Assembly: GCA_040880105.1 (NCBI GenBank)
Contig: JBBDJA010000030.1
Span: 1 to 62,438, forward strand
DNA: 62,438 nucleotides
DNA from: Waddliaceae bacterium
GTDB lineage: Bacteria > Chlamydiota > Chlamydiia > Chlamydiales > SLOH01
Direction: 5' to 3'
Below the pieces are notes generated by a model that was given only the letters and a program-made list of their open reading frames with translations, was not told where the DNA came from and did no database searches. Positions 31,454-40,652 of the stretch are shown in pieces (within the stretch, counting starts at the first letter, position 1; each line of letters starts with the position of its first letter). The position numbers were made by a program, and so were the translations under genes.

Positions 31454-33129
31454 GAGAGCTGTTATACTTTATTTTCTTTCTAGCAAGCCTTGCCTCTTCT
31501 TGCATAGCGTATGAATCCGCCCTTGAGCTTAAGTCATTTTATAAAATTGATGGTAAGAAGTTAATTGCAGGTAATCATAAACATTACGACCGCTTTCCCT
31601 ATGAAAGTAAACTGCATTTTGACTTGTGCTATAAGTTGAAGGATCTACCCTTAGCAGGGCAAATTCATAATGCCTACAAAGATCACCTACTCCCACTTAT
31701 CGTTCAAATTGTGGAAGAAGATGATCAGCAAAAGATCTATACGGCAATTTCGAAAGGGCTTATTGGGGTGTGCCATTACTTTGGTAGTCCTGACTATTCT
31801 CCGCTAGAACCCTTTAAAAAAGGTTTGAGGCTGCATGGGGCCGGCAATTGGTTAGAAGACAATAGTCAGGCAATCACAGCTTTCGTGAAGGAAGCAAGTG
31901 TATGTCAACATGTCGTTAGGTCAAGGTCTGCAGAAAATCCTTTTACTGTAGTGATTATTACTTCAACTTGCAGTGGGGGAAATCATACTGCAGCACTGTC
32001 TATCGCAAGTGAATTAGAGAGATATCCAAATACTCGTATTGTTTTAATTGACTTTGAAGAGATGGCCAACGAATTCGATCCAATTATGACCGCTACTGGA
32101 GTTTACTCTTATGACATGATTTACTCTAAGATCCTTCAGAAGACAAGCAACTTAGATGTGAACCGCGAGCGTAAACTTCTAAGTCGTGAAATACAAGGCT
32201 ATATTCCCAATAATATACTATATGAGCTCAAGGTGAAGGTCGCAGCTTTAGATCCGGATCTTATCATTTCGACGCGGTCCTACACCTGTGACGATATATC
32301 ATTATCGACTTTAGGGGTTCCATTTAGGCTATTCTTTCCCGATTACGAACTCAACCGCTCCCTTTGCTACTACTTTCGTTGTATTCCTCATGACTCCATC
32401 CGCTTTTGGGTTCCTACCTTTCAAGCAAGAATGTTTAAACCGTTGTTCGAAGAGTTGGGTTCCGATGAAAAATTAGACTCAATAGTTGAATCGGAAGAAT
32501 TGGTTAAAAAGATTAGCGTCGCTTTGGAGTTAAGTCTCGAACGTGCTGAGAAATGCTTTACGAATATTGGATATCCGTGTGAAAAATTTTACCCAATTGC
32601 TGATAAAAAGGCGTTGGAAAGAAAATGGGGAGTCGCTGAGGATGAGATCCCTGTGTTTGTCATGATGGGTAAAAATGGCACCCACACAATGCAGAAAATC
32701 TTTGATGATCTAAATTCCGAAGAGTCGACTCTTAGACTGAAAATATTCTTTCTCTGTGGAAATAATTCAGAGTTAGTTGAGAAGCTGCATAAGAGGGCCG
32801 GGAGGTCTATTGTCGTGTGTGGAATTCTTACTCCCGATGAGGTCAATGAGGTTATGAATATTTGTTCGATTGGGATTTCAAAAGCTGGCGGGGCTACTGT
32901 TTCTGAAGCAATTGCGTCCAAGACTCCACTTCTCCTTATGGATTCGTTTCCTTGGGAAGAAGCGAACGCGCAACATTTAGTCGAGTTAGGATTGGCTGTC
33001 AGGTTTAATCCTAAGCATTCTCTCAGTACACAGATTGTTGATGCGATACAACTTTTGTCCGACAATACAATTCCCATAGAAGATTGGCGTATACGTCTTC
33101 ATGAGCAAGTAAAGCCTTTAATCCAGTAA
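31450..33129 (+). CDS. GT-B glycosyltransferase (MGDG synthase/GT28-like)
   Basis: GGNHTAA, CGNN, ISKAGGATVSEA, E..NA. Confidence 0.8.
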   Translation: MRELLYFIFFLASLASSCIAYESALELKSFYKIDGKKLIAGNHKHYDRFPYESKLHFDLCYKLKDLPLAGQIHNAYKDHLLPLIVQIVEEDDQQKIYTAISKGLIGVCHYFGSPDYSPLEPFKKGLRLHGAGNWLEDNSQAITAFVKEASVCQHVVRSRSAENPFTVVIITSTCSGGNHTAALSIASELERYPNTRIVLIDFEEMANEFDPIMTATGVYSYDMIYSKILQKTSNLDVNRERKLLSREIQGYIPNNILYELKVKVAALDPDLIISTRSYTCDDISLSTLGVPFRLFFPDYELNRSLCYYFRCIPHDSIRFWVPTFQARMFKPLFEELGSDEKLDSIVESEELVKKISVALELSLERAEKCFTNIGYPCEKFYPIADKKALERKWGVAEDEIPVFVMMGKNGTHTMQKIFDDLNSEESTLRLKIFFLCGNNSELVEKLHKRAGRSIVVCGILTPDEVNEVMNICSIGISKAGGATVSEAIASKTPLLLMDSFPWEEANAQHLVELGLAVRFNPKHSLSTQIVDAIQLLSDNTIPIEDWRIRLHEQVKPLIQ

Positions 33130-33922
33130 GCCTTCTCCACTTTGTTTGACGACTCATGCCATCAGCCAAAAAAATAGCTTTAAGGTGGGGGTGTTCTTGG
33201 CGAAAGTGCTTTAAAAATCGTTTGCAAGCATTGCGTTCACAATCATTTTTCTCTAAACCATCTTCTTTAAGAATAGGCTCCGGGCAAAGGGGGATAACAT
33301 TCTTTTGCTTGGGATGTACGAGACAGACTCCAAACATTTGATGGTAGTAGGAGATGCTTCTGTCGCGAGATTTTTTTTGGTAACAGGAGGGACAACTGAT
33401 CTTGTTTGAATGAAACTGTCCTGTTCCATCTCCAGAAAGCAATACATGTCTATCCAAAAAATCATATTTTACGAGGCCTTTTCCCCTTTGAAGAACTGAA
33501 AAAAAAGTTTTTTAAAAGCAGGACGAAGATATTTGGTATCTACGGCGTCAAGACGTTTTCTAAGATAGGTGTCACTGGGAGATTAATTTACATGGTAAAT
33601 ATCTCTTAGATATTTCTCAGTCGCAGTATCTTCTTTTTGCCTTTCAAAGGCAAGTAGAGAAGGACACTTTAGCTCAAAAATAGCAAGTCCTGACATTAAA
33701 TGATCCGTAAGAGAGATAGATGGCTCTCGATTAAAAGTGGCAATATCAGGAATTTTGTCGAATTCTTTGTAGATTGTGCGGATCAGCCCTGGGGCACACT
33801 GAGATGCTTGCGGAAGGACAAAGTCATAGTTAAGGCAACAATTTAAGGGTTCATAATGCCTCACAAGTTTACAAAACCTAATTTTAAATTACCTCCAAAA
33901 AATCATCCATTGGGAATTGCTG
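33127..33922 (-). mobile_element. Degraded IS with frameshifted DDE transposase
   Basis: Fragments LMSGLAIFELKCPSLL, DGTG..HS.KI.C..C, YYHQM, KNDCERNA, LADG; candidate end CAGCAATTCCCA at 33911-33922. Confidence 0.75.
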
Positions 33923-33993
33923 AGCAGTGCGTAACTCAGCTTTAACTAGTAGAAATTTTCGAGTTAAATTACTTGTTCTATCTCATTAAATAA

Positions 33994-34068
33994 GAAAGGC
34001 TTCACTCCTTGGAGTGAAGCCTTTCATTGGGATGGAGATGGAGAGACACGTTCAGAACTTTTGATTGG
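33994..34068 (+). repeat. tmRNA-end junction repeat J4
   Basis: gaaaggcttcactcc-tt-ggagtgaagcctttc hairpin; tggagatggagagacacgttcagaacttttgattgg. Confidence 0.85.
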
Positions 34069-34086
34069 GTTCAAATGGCTGAAAGT

Positions 34087-34230
34087 TGGCCGTATTCCGG
34101 CGGATACAGCCAATTCCTGTCTAATACGGCCAAAAAAACTTGTATATTTGGCCGTATTCTTGTTAAAATGGCCGTATTAGAGAAACAAGGTGGCTGTAAT
34201 GAGTTTGCGCGACAATAAAATGGCTGTATT
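34087..34230. promoter_or_regulatory. Cluster of seven TGGCYGTAWT-like boxes upstream of and at the start of the Fic gene
   Basis: Direct at 34087, 34149, 34169, 34191, 34221; inverted at 34103, 34123. Confidence 0.6.
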
Positions 34231-35545
34231 AAGACAATTAGGACTAGAGTCGGAACCAATTGGCTTGCCCGAGCTTATGCTTCGACTAGGTGAAGGATTT
34301 AAGGAGCGCTCGGTTAGACGATGGCTAAGTCTTTTAGTTGAAGAGGGCTCGGTTAAAAAAATAGGTCAGAAGCGAGGGACCAAATATTTTGCAGCTAGTC
34401 GTTCGGATGAAACAGTCGTTGATGTGAGTAGCTGTTTTAGTTCCGCGAGCTTAAAGGCTATTGAGGGTATAAAGAAGCCATTATTTGAGCGGCAGCCGGT
34501 TGCATACGCAGATGATTGGTTTGATGACTACCAACCCAATTTAACATACTACTTACCAGAAGCATTGCGACAACAACTGTTGGCATCGGGTGGGCGTGCG
34601 AATGAACAGGATCCTGCAGGCACCTATGCTCATCGAATATTCAACAGGCTGATCATTGACCTCTCATACAACTCCTCACGTCTTGAAGGCAACACCTATT
34701 CCCTTCTCGATACAGAGCGTTTACTTCTTCATGGCGATATTGCTGAAGGGAAGCTTGATGAGGAGAAGGCGATGATCCTGAATCATAAAGAGGCTATTCG
34801 CCACCTTGTTGACAATGCATCAAAAATCGAAGTCTCTCGTAATGTTATCTGTACCCTGCATTACCTCTTGTCAGATGGTCTTGTTGAATCTTCAGAGGTC
34901 GGAAAGGTTCGAAAGCATGGCGTGCGTATCGGCGGGTCAACCTACATGCCCTTTGAAGATCCAAGGAGATTAGATCTGCAATTGGAGAAGATCGCCGCAA
35001 AGGCAGCGAAGATCCAGAATCCTTATGAACTGAGTTTTTTCTTATTGGTTCATGTGAGCTACTTGCAGGCCTTTGCTGACGTCAATAAGCGGACCGCTCG
35101 GTTGTGTGCCAATATTAGTTTGATCAAAGGGAACCTCGTTCCGCTTGCGTTCAGCGATGTTCGTGTCGAGGATTACATGTCAGCAATGATAGTTATTTAC
35201 GAATTGCAGAATGTGCAACCATTGATCGACCTCTATGTTTACTCCTATCTGCGGACTTGTGCCGCCTATGACTCCACTGTGAAGGCAATGGGTTTTGACG
35301 AAGTGCGTGTAAGGTATCGACAAGAACGCAGGGCTGTCGTGCGAGAGGTTATTCTAAGGATGTTAAAAGGTCAGTTGATGAAGGAGTTTGTGGATGCAGA
35401 AGCAGCGTCCCGCGTCCTTCCAATAGTTCAAAAAGCTTTCGCCGAAGATGTATTAGAAGATTTAGAACAAATAGATGAAAGCCGTTTGGCTGGACTAGGA
35501 GTGACTTCGGAACAGCTCAACGCATGGAAACGATTAAATCCTTAA
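34190..35545 (+). CDS. Fic family protein with N-terminal wHTH
   Basis: SSRLEGN inhibitory motif; variant Fic motif LQAFADVNKRTAR. Confidence 0.9.
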   Translation: MAVMSLRDNKMAVLRQLGLESEPIGLPELMLRLGEGFKERSVRRWLSLLVEEGSVKKIGQKRGTKYFAASRSDETVVDVSSCFSSASLKAIEGIKKPLFERQPVAYADDWFDDYQPNLTYYLPEALRQQLLASGGRANEQDPAGTYAHRIFNRLIIDLSYNSSRLEGNTYSLLDTERLLLHGDIAEGKLDEEKAMILNHKEAIRHLVDNASKIEVSRNVICTLHYLLSDGLVESSEVGKVRKHGVRIGGSTYMPFEDPRRLDLQLEKIAAKAAKIQNPYELSFFLLVHVSYLQAFADVNKRTARLCANISLIKGNLVPLAFSDVRVEDYMSAMIVIYELQNVQPLIDLYVYSYLRTCAAYDSTVKAMGFDEVRVRYRQERRAVVREVILRMLKGQLMKEFVDAEAASRVLPIVQKAFAEDVLEDLEQIDESRLAGLGVTSEQLNAWKRLNP

Positions 35546-35951
35546 AAAGATGTATCAAAGATGAACAATAACCTTAAAGAACAAGAATGGATTGAGGTGA
35601 TTGGAAAACGCTTTCACTTGATATACTGAGATGTAAAATGCCTCGAGGCCATAGTTGAATCCAGCTTTCTCAATTGGCAAAACATAAATCGTTAAGTAAA
35701 ATCATAGATGTTTGATTGATAAAGGCATGTAAGGGAATGGCTCTACTAGTCGATGTATTAGAGTGAAAGCTCGGGGTTTATACCAGAGTTCGTGCTTGTC
35801 TCAAATCTGCAACGAGTCTTTTTCCTTCGTCTGTTAAAACGTACTCTTCCCAGGTATATAAACTATCATTCCATTATTATTTTCTGATCCGCAGCTTGTT
35901 GTGCCATTCTTTGCAAGTAGATTGCCTTTTAGAAGGTATAGGACCTGGATT

Positions 35952-36251
35952 TCAATAAGACCTGGTAGACAAATTGTGTTTTCTTTTGGATCGTCGCAAA
36001 AAACGTATAAGATTCTTCTTGTAGATTTGAAGGGCATTCTGATCTATTTCATTTGTGCGATGGTGTCGCGCATGGCATTTAGTGCAAAGTGCAATTAAGT
36101 TGTCAAAGGTATGTTTCTTACATTTTTCATAGGGGATATTATGATGTATATCGATAGGATGATCTTTGCACGTGGGTATAGCGCATCGATGACCTGCTTC
36201 TATTTTAATTTGCCTTTTAAGCTTTTCTGGAATAGATGGGCGGCTTGTCAA
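35952..36251 (-). CDS. HNH endonuclease (probably truncated)
   Basis: EAGHRCAIPTC, HH, NLIALCTKCH. Confidence 0.8.
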   Translation of the reverse strand: MTSRPSIPEKLKRQIKIEAGHRCAIPTCKDHPIDIHHNIPYEKCKKHTFDNLIALCTKCHARHHRTNEIDQNALQIYKKNLIRFLRRSKRKHNLSTRSY

Positions 36252-36265
36252 TGTGAGTTCCTTCT

Positions 36266-36348
36266 AAAAAAAAAGCCTATCAAATATTGATAGGCTTTTA
36301 ATATTTGGTAACATTGGAGGTGGAGAGGCAGATTTAGAACTTTTGACT
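36266..36348 (+). repeat. tmRNA-end junction repeat J5
   Basis: aaaagcctatcaa/ttgataggctttt hairpin; tggaggtggagaggcagatttagaacttttga. Confidence 0.9.
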
Positions 36349-36420
36349 CTACCAAATTGCATCTTTTCAAGCCTTGGGAAGATGTGCTATCCTGTAAAGT
36401 TCTCTAATCTTGGATAATTT

Positions 36421-36897
36421 ATGACAATCACTTTGGAAAAAGCCACTTCTGAAGATGCTGAGAAATTGCATGCTATACAAATAAAATCCTTTTTGCCTCT
36501 TTTAGAAAAATATCAGGACCACGAAATTAACCCAGCATGTGAGCCTATAGACAAAACCCTACAAAGAATAAATGATCCTTTGAAAGGCTTCTATAAGATT
36601 TTGAAGGATAATATTTTGGTTGGTGGGATTGCAATAAAGCATATATCCACTGAGATTATATTTTTAGGACCCATTTTTATTGATCCTATTTTTCAAAACC
36701 AAAAGATCGCTCAAACAGTCTTACAACTTATTGAAAATATATTTCCTTCTGTACATTTCTTTGAGCTACGTACTCTAGCTCAAGAAAAAGGCAATATTCA
36801 TCTCTACGAGAAAATGGGGTATGTGATTCAAGGGGAAAGTGAAAAAATAAGTGATTCGGATGAGATTGTGTTTTTTAGAAAAAAAATAACGCACTAA
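36421..36897 (+). CDS. GNAT N-acetyltransferase
   Basis: IFIDPIFQNQKIA, NIHLYEKMGY. Confidence 0.85.
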   Translation: MTITLEKATSEDAEKLHAIQIKSFLPLLEKYQDHEINPACEPIDKTLQRINDPLKGFYKILKDNILVGGIAIKHISTEIIFLGPIFIDPIFQNQKIAQTVLQLIENIFPSVHFFELRTLAQEKGNIHLYEKMGYVIQGESEKISDSDEIVFFRKKITH

Positions 36898-37082
36898 ATA
36901 GCGATAGTTTAACTTTACAAGAGTTAATTTTATTGATTCCTTTAATGCCATATTTGACATAAATGTACTCAGCTAAATCGCGCAATAAATATTGGCCATC
37001 AGCAGGTTTCAAAATGGGATGATAAGGTGACGCTGTAGATAAAACTTGGGCTGTGCCTATACAATCAATTGCCTTTTTAGAA

Positions 37083-37318
37083 GCCTTGCCCCTCGAATAA
37101 CTAAGGGCTTTCGTGTCTTTGTTTTTAGCCAGTCAATTAAGAAAGATGTGCGGTCGCGCTTCATATTATAGACCCCATTTTCTTGATTCTAGCCAAACCC
37201 TCTGTGTAAGCCTAGAAAACAGGGGGATGTTTTGAAGGTTATCCTTAGAAAGCTTTGAGTACTGTAGCCTTATAGCGGCCAAATTATTCGGGATCAAATA
37301 GTCCTAGATGTAATGCAG
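37083..37318 (-). pseudogene. Duplicated 5' stub and promoter of the AAA-DUF4143 ATPase, copy 2
   Basis: Encodes MKRDRTSFLIDWLKTKTRKPLVIRGAR then breaks off; matches 26807-27077. Confidence 0.85.
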
Positions 37319-37358
37319 ATAGCTAAAAATTGGCTTTATTGAATGAAAAGGAATTATG

Positions 37359-37437
37359 AAAAAGCCTATCAAATTGATAGGCTTTTAAATTTTGGTAACG
37401 TTGGAGGTGGAGAGACGCATTCAGAACTTTTGAGTGG
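37359..37437 (+). repeat. tmRNA-end junction repeat J6
   Basis: Same hairpin as J5/J8; tggaggtggagagacgcattcagaacttttgagtgg. Confidence 0.92.
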
Positions 37438-37484
37438 GCGATTTCCAGAATTCGACTGTTGGCTCTGCCTGTTGTTTCAACTAT

Positions 37485-38010
37485 TCAAGATCCAAGCAGA
37501 ATGTTTCTTTGATGAAATTCGGCTTGGCCAAGGTAGAAGCAAAGTAGACATGCTGGGATCCTCAGGAGAGCCTTCTCTCCCTGATCATCTACTTTTACAC
37601 GACCGAGATCGTTCGGTGATTTGGTGGCTATGAATCCTTGGGTGATCTGCTCTTTTTTCTTGATCAAATCAATGAGGCCTGGAACATCTCTAGCCTCCAC
37701 GCCTTGCGCCTGATATTTGATCTCAAATGGGAATATGGCGCCATCTAACTCTACAATTAGATCCACCTCCTTTTCCTCTTTTGTGCTACGCCAGTAACTA
37801 AAGCGTGCTTGATTTGTACGGCAATGTGACCATAGATGTCCAATCACCGCCGTTTCTACGCATTGACTCAGTGCTAATGGGGTCTCAAGGATTGTCTTAC
37901 CTTTGATTAATACAGCTGGTGCTATTGCAGGATCACTCAGATAGATTTTATTTTTCCCGCGTAGAACTTGCTTGCCGTAGCCATACGGAAGGAGTTTATA
38001 AATAAGGTGT
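37485..38010 (-). pseudogene. 3' fragment of an ATPase-DUF4143 gene
   Basis: KIYLSDPAI, AVETAV, YWR...EVDLIV...PFEIKY; 5' part missing at J7. Confidence 0.75.
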
Positions 38011-38078
38011 CAGAACCCAGAGATTCTGCTTTCTAGTCTAGATGGAGGTGGAGAGACAAGTTTAGAACTTTTGAATGG
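38011..38078 (+). repeat. tmRNA-end junction repeat J7
   Basis: cagaacc..gattctgctt hairpin remnant; tggaggtggagagacaagtttagaacttttgaatgg. Confidence 0.88.
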
Positions 38079-38261
38079 AATCTGTGGAGCCAAAAATGGC
38101 CGTATTTTTGAGAATGCGGTCAAAATTCTTCAAAATTGGTCCCATCTATGTAGTTAACTTGCCTAATTGTGGTATTTTATGAGGTTTTATACTGACTTAT
38201 ACCTATTTATATCTGCTTTCAGGTATAAATGGATATAGATACATATAGATAGAGGTACCAC

Positions 38262-39458
38262 ATGGATCCAATCAAAAATCCCTATTCGCCAGGAGCAGGC
38301 ACTCCACCGCCGGAGCTTGTGGGTCGCGACCCCATTCTCAAGCAAGCCGATATTCTATTGGGGCGCATTCAGGCTGGCCGTCCAGAAAAGAGCATGCTGC
38401 TTACTGGTCTCCGAGGTGTTGGAAAAACGGTGTTACTAAATGAAATGCAGCGGCGGGCAGAAGCAATGGGTTATAAGACTATTTTTGTTGAGGCGCATGA
38501 AGATAAACCACTGGGGCTGTTGCTTGCACCACACTTACGCCAATTACTTTATTCGTTGGATCGAATGGCTAACGTTGAGAGCAAAGTGAAGCGTGCTCTT
38601 GCTGTTTTTCGAAGTTTTTTGGGACGGTTAAAGGTAACCTATAACGATGTTTCAATTGGTTTGGATATAGAGCCTGAGATTGGGACGGCTGATAGTGGCG
38701 ATCTTGAAATTGATCTTCCAGAGCTGATGGCTGTGATTGGTGAGGCTGCACAGGATCGTGAGTGTTCAGTAGCAGTCTTTATTGATGAAGTCCAGTATTT
38801 AAGCCCCAAAGAATTGGGGGCTCTTATCATGGCCTTGCATAAGCTACAACAACGACAACTACCTGTGTTGTTATTGGGTGCCGGCCTTCCTGTTTTACCA
38901 GGGCTTGCCGGGCAGTCCAAATCTTATGCCGAGCGCTTGTTCAGTTTTCCCGACGTAGGTGCTTTATCAAGATCTGACGCAGACAAAGCACTTCAAGATC
39001 CAGCGAATAAGCAGGGAGTGAGCTTTGAAGAGCCCGCACTCGATCGAGTATATGAACTAACCCTTGGGTATCCCTATTTTCTTCAAGAGTGGGGGTATTC
39101 AGCTTGGAATCAAGCAGAGACATCACCTATTACGAGCACAGTAGTAAATGATGTCTCTCCAATTGTGATTCACAAACTAGACGAGAATTTCTTTAGGGTG
39201 CGGTTTGATAGGCTTGTTCCGAGTGAAAAGCAGTTCCTCCGTGCAGTGGCAGAGCTGGGATCTGCTCCCCAACGAATTGGTGACGTGGCCGAGATGATGG
39301 GAGTCGAGACCGGAAGCTTGAGCCCTCGTCGAGCAAAGTTAATTAGGAAGGGAATGATTTACAGTCCCTCACATGGTACCATAGCTTTTACAGTCCCCTT
39401 ATTCGATCAGTTTATGGTTCGAGCTATGCCAGAGTTCTCAAATAAGCTTAGAAAGTAA
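38262..39458 (+). CDS. AAA ATPase (AAA_16-like) with C-terminal wHTH
   Basis: NPYSPGAG, GLRGVGKT, FIDEVQ, GYPYFLQ. Confidence 0.88.
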   Translation: MDPIKNPYSPGAGTPPPELVGRDPILKQADILLGRIQAGRPEKSMLLTGLRGVGKTVLLNEMQRRAEAMGYKTIFVEAHEDKPLGLLLAPHLRQLLYSLDRMANVESKVKRALAVFRSFLGRLKVTYNDVSIGLDIEPEIGTADSGDLEIDLPELMAVIGEAAQDRECSVAVFIDEVQYLSPKELGALIMALHKLQQRQLPVLLLGAGLPVLPGLAGQSKSYAERLFSFPDVGALSRSDADKALQDPANKQGVSFEEPALDRVYELTLGYPYFLQEWGYSAWNQAETSPITSTVVNDVSPIVIHKLDENFFRVRFDRLVPSEKQFLRAVAELGSAPQRIGDVAEMMGVETGSLSPRRAKLIRKGMIYSPSHGTIAFTVPLFDQFMVRAMPEFSNKLRK

Positions 39459-39537
39459 AAAGCCTATCAAAATTTGATAGGCTTTTAAATTTTGGTAATG
39501 TTGGAGGTGGAGAGACGAATTCAGAACTTTTGACTGG
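39457..39537 (+). repeat. tmRNA-end junction repeat J8
   Basis: aaaagcctatcaaa/tttgataggctttt hairpin; tggaggtggagagacgaattcagaacttttgactgg. Confidence 0.92.
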
Positions 39538-39868
39538 AGTAGAATAAAGATCTCAAGTGTATTCAATTCTTCTAATTCCACCCAGGCAGCAATGGGAGTC
39601 CCAGGTGATGGAACGAGCACCTTGGAAAAACGACGGGGTATGCTCCTTAAATAGAAGCGGTACCTATCCATATTAATGAAAATCGTCCTAAAGAGAGCCC
39701 TAGATAGTTTGAGGCTTACTGCAGCTTTAATAATTAAGCAACTGATTGAAAATAAGTCACTTAAACACTATTTTTCGGCAACTTGCTCAAAAAAACATCT
39801 TTTTTTTCTTACACTTTATTATCGATATTCGATAATATTTGATCGTTATTCAATAAATACGGGGTTAT

Positions 39869-40444
39869 ATGAAAACAAAAAGAAAAATAAATATTTTGAG
39901 CCGAGTTTTCCGAGTTATAGCTATACTGCAAGCAATCGAAACGGCATGGGGTGGAATTAGTCGTTGGATGGCAGCTCCCTTCTCAGAGCCTGCTCTTCCT
40001 CAAATTAGCATGATATTTGTTAATTCTTCTTTAAGAACCCAGATTTCTTCATTAAGTGAAATGGCTGTCTCGTTAAAAGTTATTGGGGTGTTGGACTATT
40101 TTACACCAATTATTGCAAAAGTTTTTATATATGTATTTTTAGCTCTATTATTCACAGAGTATAAAAAGGGAAATATTTTTTCTGAAAAAGCTCTTAAATT
40201 GATCCGAAATGTGGGTTGTGTGGTGCTTGCTGGAACATTATTATCCTTAATTTATTCGTTTGTAACATACAATCTTCTTCCCGACCAGTTTCCAATTATA
40301 CACAGGAAGCTGCAAGGCATAATGATCTATGGTCCGATTGGCTATAGTTTGAGATTTATTACAGGGGGTCTTTTCATCATATTTATTAGTTGGATAATGA
40401 ATATGGGGAAAAAGCTTGAGGATGAACAGAAGTATACGGTGTGA
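39869..40444 (+). CDS. DUF2975 family membrane protein
   Basis: Four TMs, G.IFS, G..L.DEQ..TV C-terminus, HTH gene follows. Confidence 0.8.
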   Translation: MKTKRKINILSRVFRVIAILQAIETAWGGISRWMAAPFSEPALPQISMIFVNSSLRTQISSLSEMAVSLKVIGVLDYFTPIIAKVFIYVFLALLFTEYKKGNIFSEKALKLIRNVGCVVLAGTLLSLIYSFVTYNLLPDQFPIIHRKLQGIMIYGPIGYSLRFITGGLFIIFISWIMNMGKKLEDEQKYTV

Positions 40445-40445
40445 T

Positions 40446-40652
40446 ATGCCAATATTAATTAATCTTGATGTTGTTTTATCAAAAAAGAAAATCCGTTTAA
40501 AAGAGCTTGCTGCTGCAGTTGACATTACGGAGCAAAATCTGTCTATCTTAAAAACAGGTAAAGCGAAAGCAATCCGCTTTAGTACTCTTGAAGAAATATG
40601 CAGAGTGCTTGACTGTCAACCAGGCGACATTCTTGAATACAAAAAGGATTAG
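40446..40652 (+). CDS. Cro/CI-type HTH regulator (YozG-like)
   Basis: NLSILKTGKAKAIRFSTL..IC..L.CQPGDIL. Confidence 0.92.
   Translation: MPILINLDVVLSKKKIRLKELAAAVDITEQNLSILKTGKAKAIRFSTLEEICRVLDCQPGDILEYKKD

Noticed and set aside
37343..37633. 96-aa ORF, likewise 34027-34218 and 39438-39671
   Set aside because: They run across junction repeats or antisense to real genes; probably not genes
33994..39537. Junction repeats as a CRISPR array
   Set aside because: Intervals are 0.6-2.3 kb and gene-bearing, no cas genes are present, and the core matches the tmRNA end
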